Assembly (NCBI RefSeq): GCF_020745735.1
Contig: NC_083403.1
Span: 26,462,766-26,526,765, forward strand
From: Hemiscyllium ocellatum
Taxonomy: Eukaryota
Length of the DNA: 64,000 nucleotides
Direction of reading: 5' to 3'
Every line of letters begins with the position of its first letter. Positions within the stretch are counted from its first letter, which is position 1. The position numbers and the translations under genes are program-made. Under the pieces are notes generated by a model. The model ran no database searches. It was not told the origin of the DNA and saw only the letters and a program-made list of their open reading frames with translations. This document shows, piece after piece, positions 14,282 through 27,283 of this stretch.

Positions 14282-14610
14282 ACTCAGTGGCTAGCACAGC
14301 TGCCTCACAGTGCCAGGGTCCCGGGTTCGATTCCAGCCTCTGACGACTGTTTGTGTGGAGTTTGCGCATTCTTCTCGTGTCTGCGTGGGGCTTCCTCCCG
14401 CAGTCCAAATATGCACGAGTTAGGTGGATTGGCCTGGTTAAATTGCCCATAGTGTCCAGGGATGTCTAGGTTATATGGATTAGCCATAGGAACTGTGGGG
14501 TTACAGGGATAGAGTAAGTGGGTAAGTCTGGATGGGATGCTCTTCAGAGGGTTGTTAAGGGCTCGAAGGACTGAATGGCCTGCTTCCACACTGCAGGGAT
14601 TCTATGATTC
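14282..14610 (+). mobile_element. HE1/V-SINE-type SINE
   Basis: ctcagtggctagcacagctgcctcacag...gggttcgattcc...ggcctgcttccacactgcagggattctatg. Confidence 0.85.
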
Positions 14611-16027
14611 TGTGAAATGTGAATGCTTTCTGGGAAGCATATGGTGATTTTCAGATTTTGCTTCAGAAAGGGTCTGGATTAGACAGGAGGTAGTATTAAA
14701 TTGTGTTCAGGGCTGTTTTCTCAGTTAAGTGTGCTGCTGCTTCAGAGAGGAAGGAAGTTACAGCCACATAAAAAAAAAGGAGGCTTGCCAAGATTAAATG
14801 GAAGGAGAAATTGGCAAGTGAAACCATTCATCAGCAATGGGAAATGCTTGAGCAGGGGCTGGAAAGGTACAAACACTGCTTTATTCCAATAAATTTACCA
14901 TGGAGGATGTCCAAGACTTTGGCTTCATGAATGAATTAGCTCAAATTTGAAAAAAAATATAGATGCATTTAACATCACACCATAAACGGTAAAGCCAGGA
15001 AGAGGTACAATTAAAGGCAGAGGCAATGTTGCGAGAAGGGAAGATTTGAAAGGCTGGCGTGGAATGGGAGAGGGACTGATCTGAACAGGACGGCAAAATG
15101 TTCTTGAAGGACACATTTATAGAAAGAGAAATAGTCAATAGAATCAGGGCCAGCAAGAGATGAAGGCAGCAACTCTGTAGTAAAGGGTGAGGAAAAGACT
15201 AATGTAGCTACAAGTGCAATAATGAGAGAAAACAAGAAATTCATGTATCAGCATTCACAGAGAGACAGAATCAATTTTTCTGGTCAACCCCCTTTATCCC
15301 TGTCCTGATGATGATTCCAGTATCTGCAACATTTTGCTTTTGTTTACATGAACTCAAAACATTTTCACAGCTGGGGCGGGGGATAAATATTAAGACTTCC
15401 ATGAGCAGCTGATGCTGATGTGGATGTCGAACACCCTCCTTCCAGAATGAGGTAGCTTAGTCAACGGTGCACTTCAATAATCTGGGTTGGGCTGTTCTTA
15501 TTTATCATCTATATCACAGAGAGCACCAAGGTAGAGAAATGGCAGGCAGGCAAAGACCAGACTGATCCTATTAGCTGACTGTATGAGGAATGAGGGAAAA
15601 ACGCTTGAAGTGAAAGCAAGGGAGACATGTGAAGAAGAATGTTGTTATGCACTCAGCAGCAATAACCTTGAACGCAGTGCCCATGACGATAATCCAATCA
15701 ATAAATGTCCAAAGGAAATTGGATGGGCACCTTGAGGGGCATAAATCTGCAATGAGGAGATGGGCTATTTTGAACCACACTGTACAGAGCTGGCAAGGAC
15801 TCTGTGAGTGAATGGCTTCCTTTTGTGCTTTGTTGCTATACCTCTATGATGTGGACTGCCTCACAGTTGTGATGAGTGGAGCATCAAGGTTAAACACTTC
15901 AACATTTGCTTGACTTCCAGATCTCTCAACCCTACACTTGCATCCTGGCCCATTCCCCGCCCCCAACCCCAACCATGTAATTTCCAGAGACAAAAAAATA
16001 CAGGGCAAGTACAAGATAAACTTCCAA

Positions 16028-16063
16028 ATCCTGATGAAGGGCTTATGCTCGAAACGTCGAATT
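16028..16063 (+). ncRNA. Minimal hammerhead ribozyme motif (family A, intact core)
   Basis: ATC-CTGATGA-A-GGGC-ttat-GCTC-GAA-ACGT-C-GAATT: palindromic ACGT stem III and GUC cleavage triplet. Confidence 0.65.
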
Positions 16064-16122
16064 CTCTATTCCTGAGATGCTGCCTAACCTGCTGTGCTTT
16101 GACCAGCAACACATTTGCAGCT
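16028..16122 (+). mobile_element. Family A single copy
   Basis: Intact core followed by gatgctgcctaacctgctgtgc. Confidence 0.65.
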
Positions 16123-17319
16123 TCCAAATCCCTTAGACAGTAAAGCACAGTGAGGCAGATCAAGTGTACCCATGAATTGAAAAGGTCCGTTGTTCTTACT
16201 TCAACTTGCTCTCAACTTTCTGTCATGTCAATTTTTATCCCTCTAAATGGTCACGTCACTAATTCCCATTCAGAAAGCTGAGTCAACTGTCACAAGGTGG
16301 TTGCAGACTCCAGTCACTTGATGGCACTGTCTCTGGAGTCTGTCAAATTCATTTCAATCTTGGATATCAAAGAAGAATCCCATTAAGATACAGCATGTAG
16401 TTACAAATAATGGATCTGAGAAATTATGACTCAATCAGAGAAAGCCATGTCGGAACGAATTTCTGAAATCCTGAAGGGTCATGACTACTAAAATTAATTC
16501 TTCTGCTCTAGTTGAGATAGTGGTGAGACAAGATAACGAAAATAGTTATAAAAATGAATTTTATACAGATGTGCTGTTGATGGACTTAGATTGTTGCTCC
16601 TGAAAAAGAAATACTGAAATGTGTTAGAAAGCCATATAAAGAGACACTAGTTCCCTCGCACAAAGCCATGCTAACTAGCCTAATCTTTCTTGCCTCTTCA
16701 AATGTATATAAATCTTACCTTTCAAAATCACATCCAACAATTTACCCAACTAGATATCGCTCACAGGTCTACAATTCCCAGGCTTCTCCTTACAGCCTTC
16801 CTTAAACAATGGCATAACATTGGCCACCCTCCAAATCTTCACCCATGTTGATAGATGGTACAAATATCTCTGCCAGGGGCCCACAATTTCTCCCTAACTT
16901 CCTAATGTCCTGGAATGCGCTAGATCAGGTCCTGGAGATTTACCTACCTTTACGTTTTGTGCCAACTTCACATGGGAGTGCTGCAACTATTAAAAAGCAA
17001 AGAGACCATGAGAAACTTAAATACCTGAGAACTTGGGTGAGATCGACAAACAAAATCTAGGACTTACATTTTCAGAAAGGTTTGCTGTAGTCCCACTCCT
17101 TCATCAGGGAGAGGAAGAGACAACTGAGTGGTGAGTTTAATTTGAGGGTCACCACACCTCAGGCAAGGGGTGAGGTTGAGAAAGCAAGAACATCATGGTG
17201 ACCTCAGCTAAATCAGGAGTGAAGCTCACACTGCTGGATTCAGTCAGTGTTGCAAACCAGCTGTCTAGCCAATTCAGAAAACCAAGTCTCTACAGTTTCA
17301 CACAGTCTGCAGCTTTAGC

Positions 17320-18105
17320 TATAAGAAATAGGAGCAGGAGTAGGCCATCTGGCACATCGAGCTCCTCCACCATTCAATAAGATCATGGCTGATCTTTTCA
17401 TGGACTCAGCTCCACTTACTCACCCTCTCACCATAACACTTAATTCCTTTATTGTTCAAAAATCCATCTTTAACTTAAAAACATTCAATGAGGCAGCCTC
17501 CACTGCTTCACTGGGCAGAGAATTCCACAGATTCACAACCCTTTGGGTGAAGGAGATCTTCCTCAGTTCAGTCCTATATCTGCACCCCCTTATTTTGATG
17601 TGGAGGAGCCAGTGTTGGACTGGGGTGGACAAAGTCACAAGGCACATGGCACCAGGTTACACTCCAACAGGTTTATTTGAAATCATAAACTTTTGGAGTG
17701 CTGCTCCTTTGTCAGGTGATTTCACCTGTCGGACCATCACCTGGTGTCATGTGGCCTCTGACTTTGCCCTTGTTTTGAGGCTATGCCCTTTAGTTCTAGT
17801 TTCACCTGCCAGTGGAAAGAACCTTCCTGCTTCTATCTTATCTATTCCCTTCATAATATTTCTTTAAGCTCCCTTCATTATTCTAAATTCCAATGAATAT
17901 AATCCCTGTCTACTCAATCTCTCCTCACAAGCCAACCCTTTTAACTTCAATGGAGTGACCCTCCTCTGCACCCCCTCTAGTGCCAGTACATCCTTTCTCA
18001 AGCAAGGTGATCTAAACTGCATACAGTTCTCTGGGTGCGGCCTTGCTAGCACCCTATACATGACCTCCCTGTTTTTAAAATACATCCCTCTATCAATGAA
18101 GGACA
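17320..18105 (-). mobile_element. Older CR1-type LINE 3' fragment
   Basis: LEGVQRRVT...GLYSLEFR; FTQRVVNLWNSLP. Confidence 0.8.
17598..17766. mobile_element. Older Penelope-like family B insertion inside a CR1 3' region
   Basis: gtgttggactggggtggacaaag...gtcaggtga plus a short inverted arm. Degenerate TSD ccctt(a/g)ttttga. Confidence 0.55.
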
Positions 18106-19429
18106 CCTGTTACTGTTACCATCTCTGTCCTCTCATGTGCCCGAAAATCCTGCTTCAGGGATGAAGCTACATTGGTGTAACTGTCTGGACATTCCAGGGC
18201 ATGAGTGCACCGGGGGCACACTAAACGTGTTAAGAGTTAGAATATTTGTGCGGACGAATTAACTGAGAGCAATTAGGGTGTAGAAGTTTTGTGGGTTTGC
18301 AGTGTTTGAGGTGGGAGAGTTTGTGTTCCGGTGTTGAATTTGGTTCGACTCAAAGCCCAGCATTTGGCTCAGTGAGCGAGAGGAACTTGCCAATTGGCTT
18401 TTTCCTTAGAAGTGCAAAGTTTTCTTTTTAAGAGTCCTGTTAGGTATCTGGCATAAATAAATCTCCCTCGGTCTGACACACTCCAGCTTTCCACACAGGA
18501 AGCTGCTGATCTCATTAGTAAGTGGATCTGGGAATGATTGGCTTGGGTTGCTTTTCAAGTATTTGACCAGCTGCTTCTTTCTAAACATTTCCTCCCCTTC
18601 CTACGCTCTGCTAATTTTAGCTGATGTGGAGAAGACATGGTCAGGATTAAGGCAGATTTAGGTTCTCTACGCTGTTTCATATCACCTGGAATCCCCTGGA
18701 GAAGTGAGGTCACAGCACACACTGTTAGAGTCCCACTGACACAAGCTATTTTCACACACCCTGGTGGTTCTGACCAGCTCACCTCACCTTCCAGCTTCCA
18801 CACCCCCACAGCTGAGAGTGTACGAGGAGGAAAGTGAGAGAGACAGGACAACATTGGAGAAGCAACTGGAGGAGCAGGGGATGTCCATAATTGGAGGCTC
18901 CATCCTCAGTGGTGGAGGAACCCAGCAAAAGGCAAGGCTGAAGCAATTGTGACTATAGTCAGCCAGACGTAATGACTGGATGATCCATTCAGCCTCCTTC
19001 TGTTGTCCCCACTGTCACAGATTCGGGATTTCAGCCTGATTCACTTGCTTCTGTGTCATATTACGAAATGCCAAAGGCAATAGATCCGCTAATGCCATGA
19101 AACCTGACAATATTCTGTCCGTAGCGCTGAAGACATGTCCAGCTTAAGGTGAGAATTGGGCATGTCAATTCTGATTGCATAAAGATCAGGACCATTCATA
19201 GGTGCCCATTACGAAGATGGAATCATAGATGTGAGTTGACTATCTTTGTGTCTATGGCTTTTACGAATTAGAAACAAAGAACATAGGAGTAGGCCATTTG
19301 ATGCTTCAAGCCTGCTCTACCATTCAATATGATTGTGGTGATTATCTGATTCAATGTCCTGTTCCTGCTTTGTTCCCATACTGTTTGACCCCTTTTGCCC
19401 ATGGGACAATATCCATCTCCTTAGGTTAC

Positions 19430-20040
19430 AGAGACATAGAGTCATATTGCACGAAAACAAACCCTTCAGTCCAACTCATCCAAACCAACCAGACATCCCA
19501 ATCGGACCTATCCCATTTACCAGCATTTACCCAATTCCCTCTAAATCCTTCCTATTAATGTACCCATCCAGATGCTTTATAAGTGTTGCCATTGTACCAG
19601 CCTCCACCATTTCCTTTGGAACTTGTTCCATACACACACCATCCTCTGCGTGAAAATGTTACCCTTCAGGTCCTTTTTAAATCTTTCTCCTCTCGCCTTA
19701 AATCTATGCCCTCTAGTTCTGGACTCCCTCGCCCAAGGGAAAAAGGACCTGGGCTATTCAGCTTATCCATGCTTCTCGTGATTTTATAAACTTCCATAAG
19801 ATCGCTGCTCGGCCTCCGATGCTCCAGGAAAAAGTAGCCTGAGCCTATTCAGCCTCTCCCTATAACACAAACCTTCCAGTCTTGGCAACATTCTTGTAAA
19901 TCTTTTCTGCACCCTTAACAACATCCTCCCTGAAGGAGAAAGGCCAGAATTGTACGCAGTATTTAAGAGTGGCCTTATCAGTCTCCTGTACAGCCGCAAG
20001 ATGATGTCCCAACTCCCATACTCAATGCACTGACCAAAGG
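19430..20040 (-). mobile_element. CR1 3' fragment
   Basis: Similar to 49420-50060; RVQKRFTRMLP. Confidence 0.85.
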
Positions 20041-20319
20041 CAACGTTGAAAGTGTTGGCCTTAACTGCTTTCCGTGACAGAGAACTCCACAGGCTCACCA
20101 CCCTTGGAGTGAAGAAATACTTTTCTCACGTCAGCCCTAAATGACCCACCCTGTATCCTTCAACTGTGACCTCTAGACTCCCCAGTCATCAGGAATGTTC
20201 TTATGGCAGCTGTGCTGTCTAATCCTGTTAGGATTCTAAACTTTTCTGTGAGACCCACCCCTCAACATTAGAAGATGGTCACATTCTGATTAACATCCAA
20301 AGTAACAATTTTCATGTAA

Positions 20320-20512
20320 TAAAGTTAAAAATCACACAGCACCAGGTTATAGTCCAACAGGGTTATTTGGAGGCACTAGCTTTTGAAGCGCTGTTTCTTC
20401 ATCAGGTGGTTGTGGAGCAGCACCATAAGATACAGACTTTATTGCAACAGGATTGCAGCGTCATGGAGTGTAATGTCCACTCCAGTCCAACACCGGCACC
20501 TCCAAATCATGA
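20320..20512. mobile_element. Penelope-like family B fragment
   Basis: aaagttaaaaatcacacagcaccaggttatagtccaacagg...cttcatcaggtgg, then inverted ccagtccaacaccggcacctcc. Confidence 0.6.
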
Positions 20513-21094
20513 CTTCCTTGCAGTAAAAGCTGAAAATATTGGACCGGCTCTGACAGCATCTGTGGAGAGAGAAACAGAGTTAATATTTCTGACGGAGGGT
20601 CATTGGACTCACAACATTAACTCCATTTCTCTGCACGCAGATCTGTAGAGTTTCTCCAGAACTTTCTGTTCTATTTCAGATTTCTAGCGTTCACAGTTCT
20701 TGCTCTATTTAAGAATCTTATTGTAATGTTGGAACCCCCTGGAACCATTGAGGATACCTTGGTATGAATAGTCCCCACCAACCTTTCTAGCTAGCTTTAG
20801 TCTAAGCTGTTGATACCATGTGAGGAAGGATGCCCACACAATATTCTAGAGAGAAGATAGGCTCAGTTTTTTACCTGTAAATAGGTTAGTCCAGGATAGC
20901 TGGTTATACTAATCTATGATACATTATCATCTCTTGACTTAAGAGGTCCTTTTTGTTCAATCATGGGATGTTGGCATCGCTGGCAAAGCCAGCATTTATT
21001 GCCCATCCCTAATTGCCCAGAGGGCAGTTAAGAGTGAATCAGATTGCTTTGGTCTGGAGTCACATGTAGGCCAAACCAGGTAAGAATGATCAAA

Positions 21095-21848
21095 ACCTTC
21101 AATGCTTTCATTGGTCAGGACATTGAGTATGAGAGTTCAGACATTATGGAGGAGAAAGTGAGGAGTGCAGATGCTGGACACCAGAGTTGAAAAGTGTGGT
21201 GCTGGAAAAGCACAGCAGGCCAGGCAGCATCCGAGGAGCAGGAGAATCGACGTTTCAGGCATAAGCCCTTCTTCAGGAATTATGTTCGGACATTATGTTG
21301 AGCGAGATATTGGTGAGGCCACTGTTAGAATACTGGGGAAGGATGTTGTGAAACCTGAAAGGGTTTGGAAAGGATTTACATGGATGTTGCCAGGGTTGGA
21401 GGTTTTGAGCTATAGGGAGGGGCTGAATAAGCTGGGGCTGTTTTCTCTGGAGCATCAGAGGCTGAGGGGTGACCTTATAGAGGTTTATAAATTCATGAGG
21501 GGCATGGATAGGGTAAATAAATGAGACCCATTCCCTAGGATGGGGGAGTCCAGAATTAGAGGGCATAGATTCAGGGTCAGAGGGGAAAAATTTAAAAGGG
21601 ACCTAAGGGGCAACCTTTCACACAGAGGGTGTGGTGCATGTTTGAATTCAGCTGCCAGAGGAAGTGGTGAAGGTTGGTACAATTACAATTTTTAAAAGGC
21701 ATCTGGATGGGTATATGAATAGGAAGGGTTTAGAGGGACATGGGCAGGAACTGGCAGGTGGGACTGGATTAGTTTAGGATATCTGGTCAGCATGGACAGG
21801 TTGGACCAAAGGGTCAGTTTCCATGCTGTACATTTTATAACTCTACGA
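21095..21848 (+). mobile_element. CR1 3' fragment
   Basis: LGLFSLEHQRLRGDLIEVYKFMRGMDRV and the CR1 tail. Confidence 0.85.
21149..21283 (-). mobile_element. Family A full-length single copy inside CR1
   Basis: TSD GTTC(A/G)GACATTATG at 21135-21148 and 21284-21297. Confidence 0.75.
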
Positions 21849-21928
21849 CCCTCATTCTGATAAGTAAGTAGGTAAGTGAAACCGGTGAGTTTTTCTGACA
21901 ATCAACAATGGATTCATGGTCATTGTTA

Positions 21929-22605
21929 CAAATCACACAACACCAGGTTATAGTCCAACAGGTTTACTTGGAAGCACTTGCTGTCAGAGCGCTGCTCCTT
22001 AATTGGGTGGCAGTGCAGCAGGATCAAAAGAGACAGAAGTTTTAGCAAAAAAATCACAGTGTCATGCAACTGAAACGATATTAGAATCAGAATCCTGATA
22101 GCGTGGAAACAGGCCCTTCAGCTGAACAAGTCCACACCGGCCCCTCTGAAGAGTAACCCATCCCAACCACTAACCGATTATCCTATATTTACCCCTGAGA
22201 AATGCACCTAAGTCAGCCAAGGCTGGAATCAAACCTGGGTCGCTGGCTCTGTGAGGCAGCATTGCAAACTACTGAGTCACTGTGCTGCCCACAATATATT
22301 GAACATACCTAGATTGCTGTTAAATCTTTCATCTTTTAGAATGGGTTGTAGGTTTCAATTCATTAATATGTAAATCCCAGAACTTCTTTTGAGTCACATT
22401 CTCAAGCTAACTTATGCTTTTATAAAAAAAAATGACACTGTGACCTTTCACGACAAATTCTGTATCCTATGATCCTGTTCCACAACCACCTGATGAAGAG
22501 GCAGCGCTCCGAAAGCTAGTGCTTCCAAATTAACCTGTTGGACTATAACCTGGTGTTGTGTGGCTTATAACTTTGTCCACCCCAGTCCAACACCAGCAGC
22601 CCCTC
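21929..22605. mobile_element. Penelope-like family B inverted pair, interrupted by a SINE
   Basis: aatcacacaacaccaggttatagtccaacagg ... ctgatgaagaggcagcgctccgaaagctagtg. TSD TTCA(T/G)GGTCATTGTTA at 21913-21928 and 22606-22621. Confidence 0.7.
22082..22291 (-). mobile_element. HE1-type SINE (internally deleted) inside a family B element
   Basis: Head and tail present, core missing. Confidence 0.7.
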
Positions 22606-24454
22606 TTCAGGGTCATTGTTAGACCCTTAATTCCAGGTTTTTTTTATTGAATTCAAATTATTACTACTTTAACTACATACTGTAAAGACTGAGAACAACA
22701 ACTCCCGGTCAATTATTAAGACATTGATGGATCCATGTTTTTCTGAATGCTCTTTGCAAATGATATCATCTGGAAGGTTGAAGGGTGTTCAGAATTCTCA
22801 AATTATGTCAGAAAAGATAGTTGTGTTTCTGAAACAATTATGCATCTCCTTCTGATGTTGTAATGAACTTTTGCCCTCATTTTATCTTTATCTCGGGTAC
22901 AATTGTGATGAAACTGTAAAGTGTATATTTATATAGGAATTCTAGGTTGACCATCTGGGTTTGTGTGGCAGCTTGAAGTGAAAAATTCACTTTTGAAAAA
23001 CCATCGTATTTATAATTCTAAGTCAGAGGAGGTGAACCAAAATTCCAAGGAATTACCCAGATGGTTTACGGGGAGAATTTTCCAGATTATTTCTGTCTGG
23101 GCTGGGGAGCCATTGGAGAGCGGAACATATATCAAGTTCCAAATATCCGAGAAGGTGTTTCAATGGAATAATATGTGCTAAGCAGTGTTCCCAAGAAAAG
23201 GAGTTTGAAGTAATGAAATTTCCTTAGAATAAGAAGTCATTATTAGTCCCAGACCAGAAGGTCGAGGTTGCAGTCAATGGAAAAGAAGTGAAGTTGAAAA
23301 TTTTGAAGTTTAATGAAAAGGAATCAAAGCTGCAGCAGTAGTAGTAACACACTTGTTAGGAAACTATGTCAGGAGCATAATAATAGAGATACTCATACTT
23401 ATATACAGTTCCAGCAGATGAGATGAAATTTAAATCACTTCAAGCTCTTTAATATATTAAGAAGAAAAAAGAATCTCTCTCGAACACACTTTCGCTGTCA
23501 CTCTCTCTCTCTCTTATGCCCTCTCATATATATATACTCTCTCACGCTGACTCTCTCAATTCTCTCTCACACATGTTCTCCTCTGACTCCTACACTTTCT
23601 CTCATTCTCACTCTCTCAGAAATGAGCTGGGATGGGCTTTGCTTAGAAGTACAGTACTAGATGTCCTTAGAATGACTGCAGTATGCCAGGGTATATTGAG
23701 TCAGACGCAAAGCTGTTGCTTCTTTTCAATTTATAAAGAGTGGTTGAAGTTTTTCTACTCTGTATTTAAATATCTTTGAATCTGTGTCATAAGGTTTTCC
23801 CTTGTTTATTTTTATTTCTGTCGTTAACAAACTTACATTTTGTTTTATTGTCAACAACTGCAACACTGGATGCTAATGTTTTAGAAAAAGATGATTTTGA
23901 TAATTTTTAAAAATGAATTATGATCTATCCAGCCAGGTTCCTGTTGGGAATTTGATTTGGCAAGGTGATAGCATTAAATAGACATTCCCTCAGAACACTT
24001 GGGACCATTGATCATTACGCAGTGAATAATCTTCTGAGAGTTTTGAAGTCTTCCTGATGTTGCATTGAGTTACTTACTTGGCTTGTGAACAGATTGACTT
24101 ACCCCAACATATTGCAGATATTTAAGATTGAAGCCTAAGTTTCTTCTCAGGAGTGAGAGGTCTTGTTTTTAATGACTTGTGCTTGTTGCACTTATTATTG
24201 ATCTCTAGATTTTAAGAATACTGTCTGTTTCTACCTGCATCGTGCAGTTTGCTGACAGAAAGCTATAATTTTACTGTCTTCAACTAATGGATTTTCTCAG
24301 CTAATATATGAGCACTTGCTCCAGGGTCAAGATTGAAACGTATCAGAGAATCATTATCTTGTGTGATATCTGTACTATCCAGATGAGTTATCTATTTTCC
24401 TAAGAAAGGTTGATTCACACCTTCCAAAGATATCATTTTATCATTTAATGATGC

Positions 24455-24553
24455 AAACAGAGACATTGCTGGAGAAATTCACCACATCTGGCAGCACCTG
24501 TGAAAAGGAAACAGAGTTCACGTTTTGAGTCCAGTGACCCTTCTTCAGAACTG
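24455..24553 (-). mobile_element. Family C hammerhead short element (other, more decayed copies near 8070, 14070, 15240, 20525, 32590, 38340, 46870)
   Basis: Minus strand: AGTT-CTGAAGA-A-GGGTC-actg-GACTC-(a)AAACGT-G-AACT-ctgtttc...gtgctgccagatgtggtg. The body is related to family A. Confidence 0.6.
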
Positions 24554-24639
24554 AATGCTTTGACTCCAGACCCACAGTGATGTGGCTTTCTCCCTGGCCA
24601 GTTAGAGATGGGAATTGCTGGCCAAGTCAGTGATAACAT

Positions 24640-24960
24640 CGAATCCCTACAGTGTGGAAACAGGTCATTTGACCCATTGGGTTCACACAGACCCTGCGAC
24701 GAGTTTCCCACCCAGACCCAGTCCCCTATCCTGTCCCTGTAACCCTACATTTCCCATCATTATTCCACCTAGCCTGCACATCCCTGGACACTAGGGGGCA
24801 GTTTAGCATGGCAAATCCACCTAACTTGCACATCTTTGGACTGTGGGAGGAAATCCAAGCAGACACAGAGAAACTCCACACAGACAATCGCCCGTAGGTG
24901 GAATCAAACCTGGGTCTCTGACACTATTAGCAGCAGTGCTAACCACTCAGCCACTGTGCC
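24640..24960 (-). mobile_element. HE1/V-SINE-type SINE
   Basis: Reverse complement of the same family consensus. Confidence 0.85.
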
Positions 24961-25049
24961 ATAAGAGGCAATATTGTAAAACATTCCACTGTACTCCTGT
25001 ACTTCAGTATGCGTGACAATCAAGGATATTCAATTGTATTCTGTTCACA

Positions 25050-26450
25050 GAGTCATAGGGTCATAGAGCTGTACAGCAGAGATCAGACCCTTCTGCCTAA
25101 CTCGTCCATGCCGAGTAGATATCCTAACCTAATCTAGTCCCACTTGCCAGCACTTGGCCCATATCTCTCAACCCTTCCTATTCATATACCCATCTAGATG
25201 CCTTTTAAATCTTATGATTGTACCAGCCTCCATCACTTCCTCTGGCAGCTCAATCCATACACGCACCACCCTCAGCATTAAAATGTTGCCCCTTACATCC
25301 CTTTTAAATCTTTCTCCTCTCACCATAAACCTATGCCCTCTAGATTTGGACATCCTAACCCCAGGGAAAAGACCTTGGCTATTCGTCCTATCTATGCCCC
25401 TCATGATGTTATAAACTTCTTTCAGGTCACCCTTCAACCTCCGACAGTCCAGGAAAAATAGCTTCACTCTATTCAGCTTCTCCCTATTACTCAACACTCC
25501 AATCCTGGCAATATCCTTGTAAATCTTTCTGCACCCTTTCAAGTTTCACAATGTCCTTCCCATAGCAGGGAGACCAGAACTGAACACAGTATTCCAAATG
25601 TGGCCTACCAATGTCCTGTACAGCCACAACATGACCTCCCAACTCCAGTACTCAATGTACTGACCAATAAAGGCATGCATACCAAATGCCTTCTTCATTA
25701 TCCTGTCTACCTGGGACTCCACTTTCAAGGAGCTATGAACCTGCACTCCAAGGTCCCTTTGTTTAGCAACAATCACAAGGACCTTAACGTTAAGTATGTA
25801 AGTCCTGCCCTGATTTGCCATTGCAAAATGTATCATCTCACTCTTATCTAAATTAAACTCCATCTGCCACTCCATGGCCCACTGGCCCATCTGATTAAGA
25901 TCCCATTGTACTCTGAGATAACCTTCTTCACTGTCCACCACACATCCAATTTTAGTGTCAGCTGCAAACTTACTCACAATACCTCCTATGTTCATATCCA
26001 AATCATTTATATAAATGACGAAAAGCAATGGACCCAGCACCGATCCTTGTGGCACACTGCTGATCACAGGCCTCTACCACCAACCTGTCTTCTACCTTCG
26101 AGCCAGTTCTATGTCCAAATGGCTAGTTGTCCCCGTATCCCATGAGATCTAACCTTGCTAACCAGTCTACCATGAGGAACCTTGTTGAAAGCCTTACTGA
26201 AGTCCATATAGAGGACATCCACTGATCTGATTTCATCAATCTTTTTCGTTACTTCTTCAAAAAACTTTATCAAGTTCATGAGACATTATTTCCCACACAC
26301 AGAGTCATGCTGACTATCCCTAATCAGTCCTTGCCTTTCCAAATACATGTAAATCCTGTCCCTCAGGACTCCCTCCAACAACTTGCCCACCACCTACACC
26401 AGGCTCACTGGGCTGTAGATCCTTGGCTTTTACTGACCACCTTTCTTAAA
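25050..26450 (-). mobile_element. CR1 LINE 3' fragment
   Basis: VPQGSVLGPLLFVIYINDLD...SKFAADTKIG and the CR1 tail. Confidence 0.9.
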
Positions 26451-26995
26451 TACTGAGTCTGTTCCAATAGCCTTCTGTATGAAGGCTGTGTTAAGTAAAA
26501 CATTGACATTTTGAAGATGATTGTTTGAATGTACCCCTGATGGCCTGATTTATCCCTGCACAGTATGTACTGCCTAATTGCAAGTGAAATAGCAAAGCCT
26601 CCGAATGCTTTTGTGTAATGCGTGGGAGATGTTGGATTGTAGCAGTAACCAGTTTGATCATCTATGCTTCTTGAAGTATTGCATTAATTTAAAAATATCG
26701 GAAAAGCAGGTATTTTTATCAACTTCTTTTACTAGTTTGACAGGAGTGAAGACCCTGGCAGGCCACACAAATGCTGTGCAACCATCTTAAGGATCAATAA
26801 GAGGCAATTGAATTGATCATCAGAGCCATAATGAATCCCAGTGCATCCTTCAACCACTTTATTATGATTGTTAGTCTAGAAGGCAGCATGAGGGTTGTTG
26901 GTAGTGGTAGTGCCCCTATCTCCCAGTCTGGAGGCATGGGTTCTATTCCCACCTACTCTAAGGTTGCACAATAACAGGGTGATACGAAAGCATTA

Positions 26996-27283
26996 GGACG
27001 GCATGGTGGCTCAGTGGTTAGCACTGCTACCTCACAGCACCCAACGTCCCAAGTTCAATTCCAGCCTCGGGTGACTGTCTGTGTGGAGTTTGCACATTCT
27101 CCCTGTGTCTACGTGAGTTTCCTCCCACAGTCCAAAGATGTGCGGGTACTAAGTTGCCCATAGTGTTTGATGCATTAGTCAGAGGGAAATGGGTCTAGGT
27201 GGGTTACTCTTTGGAGGGTCGGTGTGGACTGGTTGGGCCGAAGGACCTGTTTCCACACTGTAGGGAATTGAATCTAATCTAAT
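26996..27283 (+). mobile_element. HE1/V-SINE-type SINE
   Basis: ggcatggtggctcagtggttagcactgct... with an (aatct)n tail. Confidence 0.85.

Noticed and set aside
22903-23975. Possible decayed solo LTR
   Set aside because: Composition is suggestive, but I could not define both termini or a TSD.
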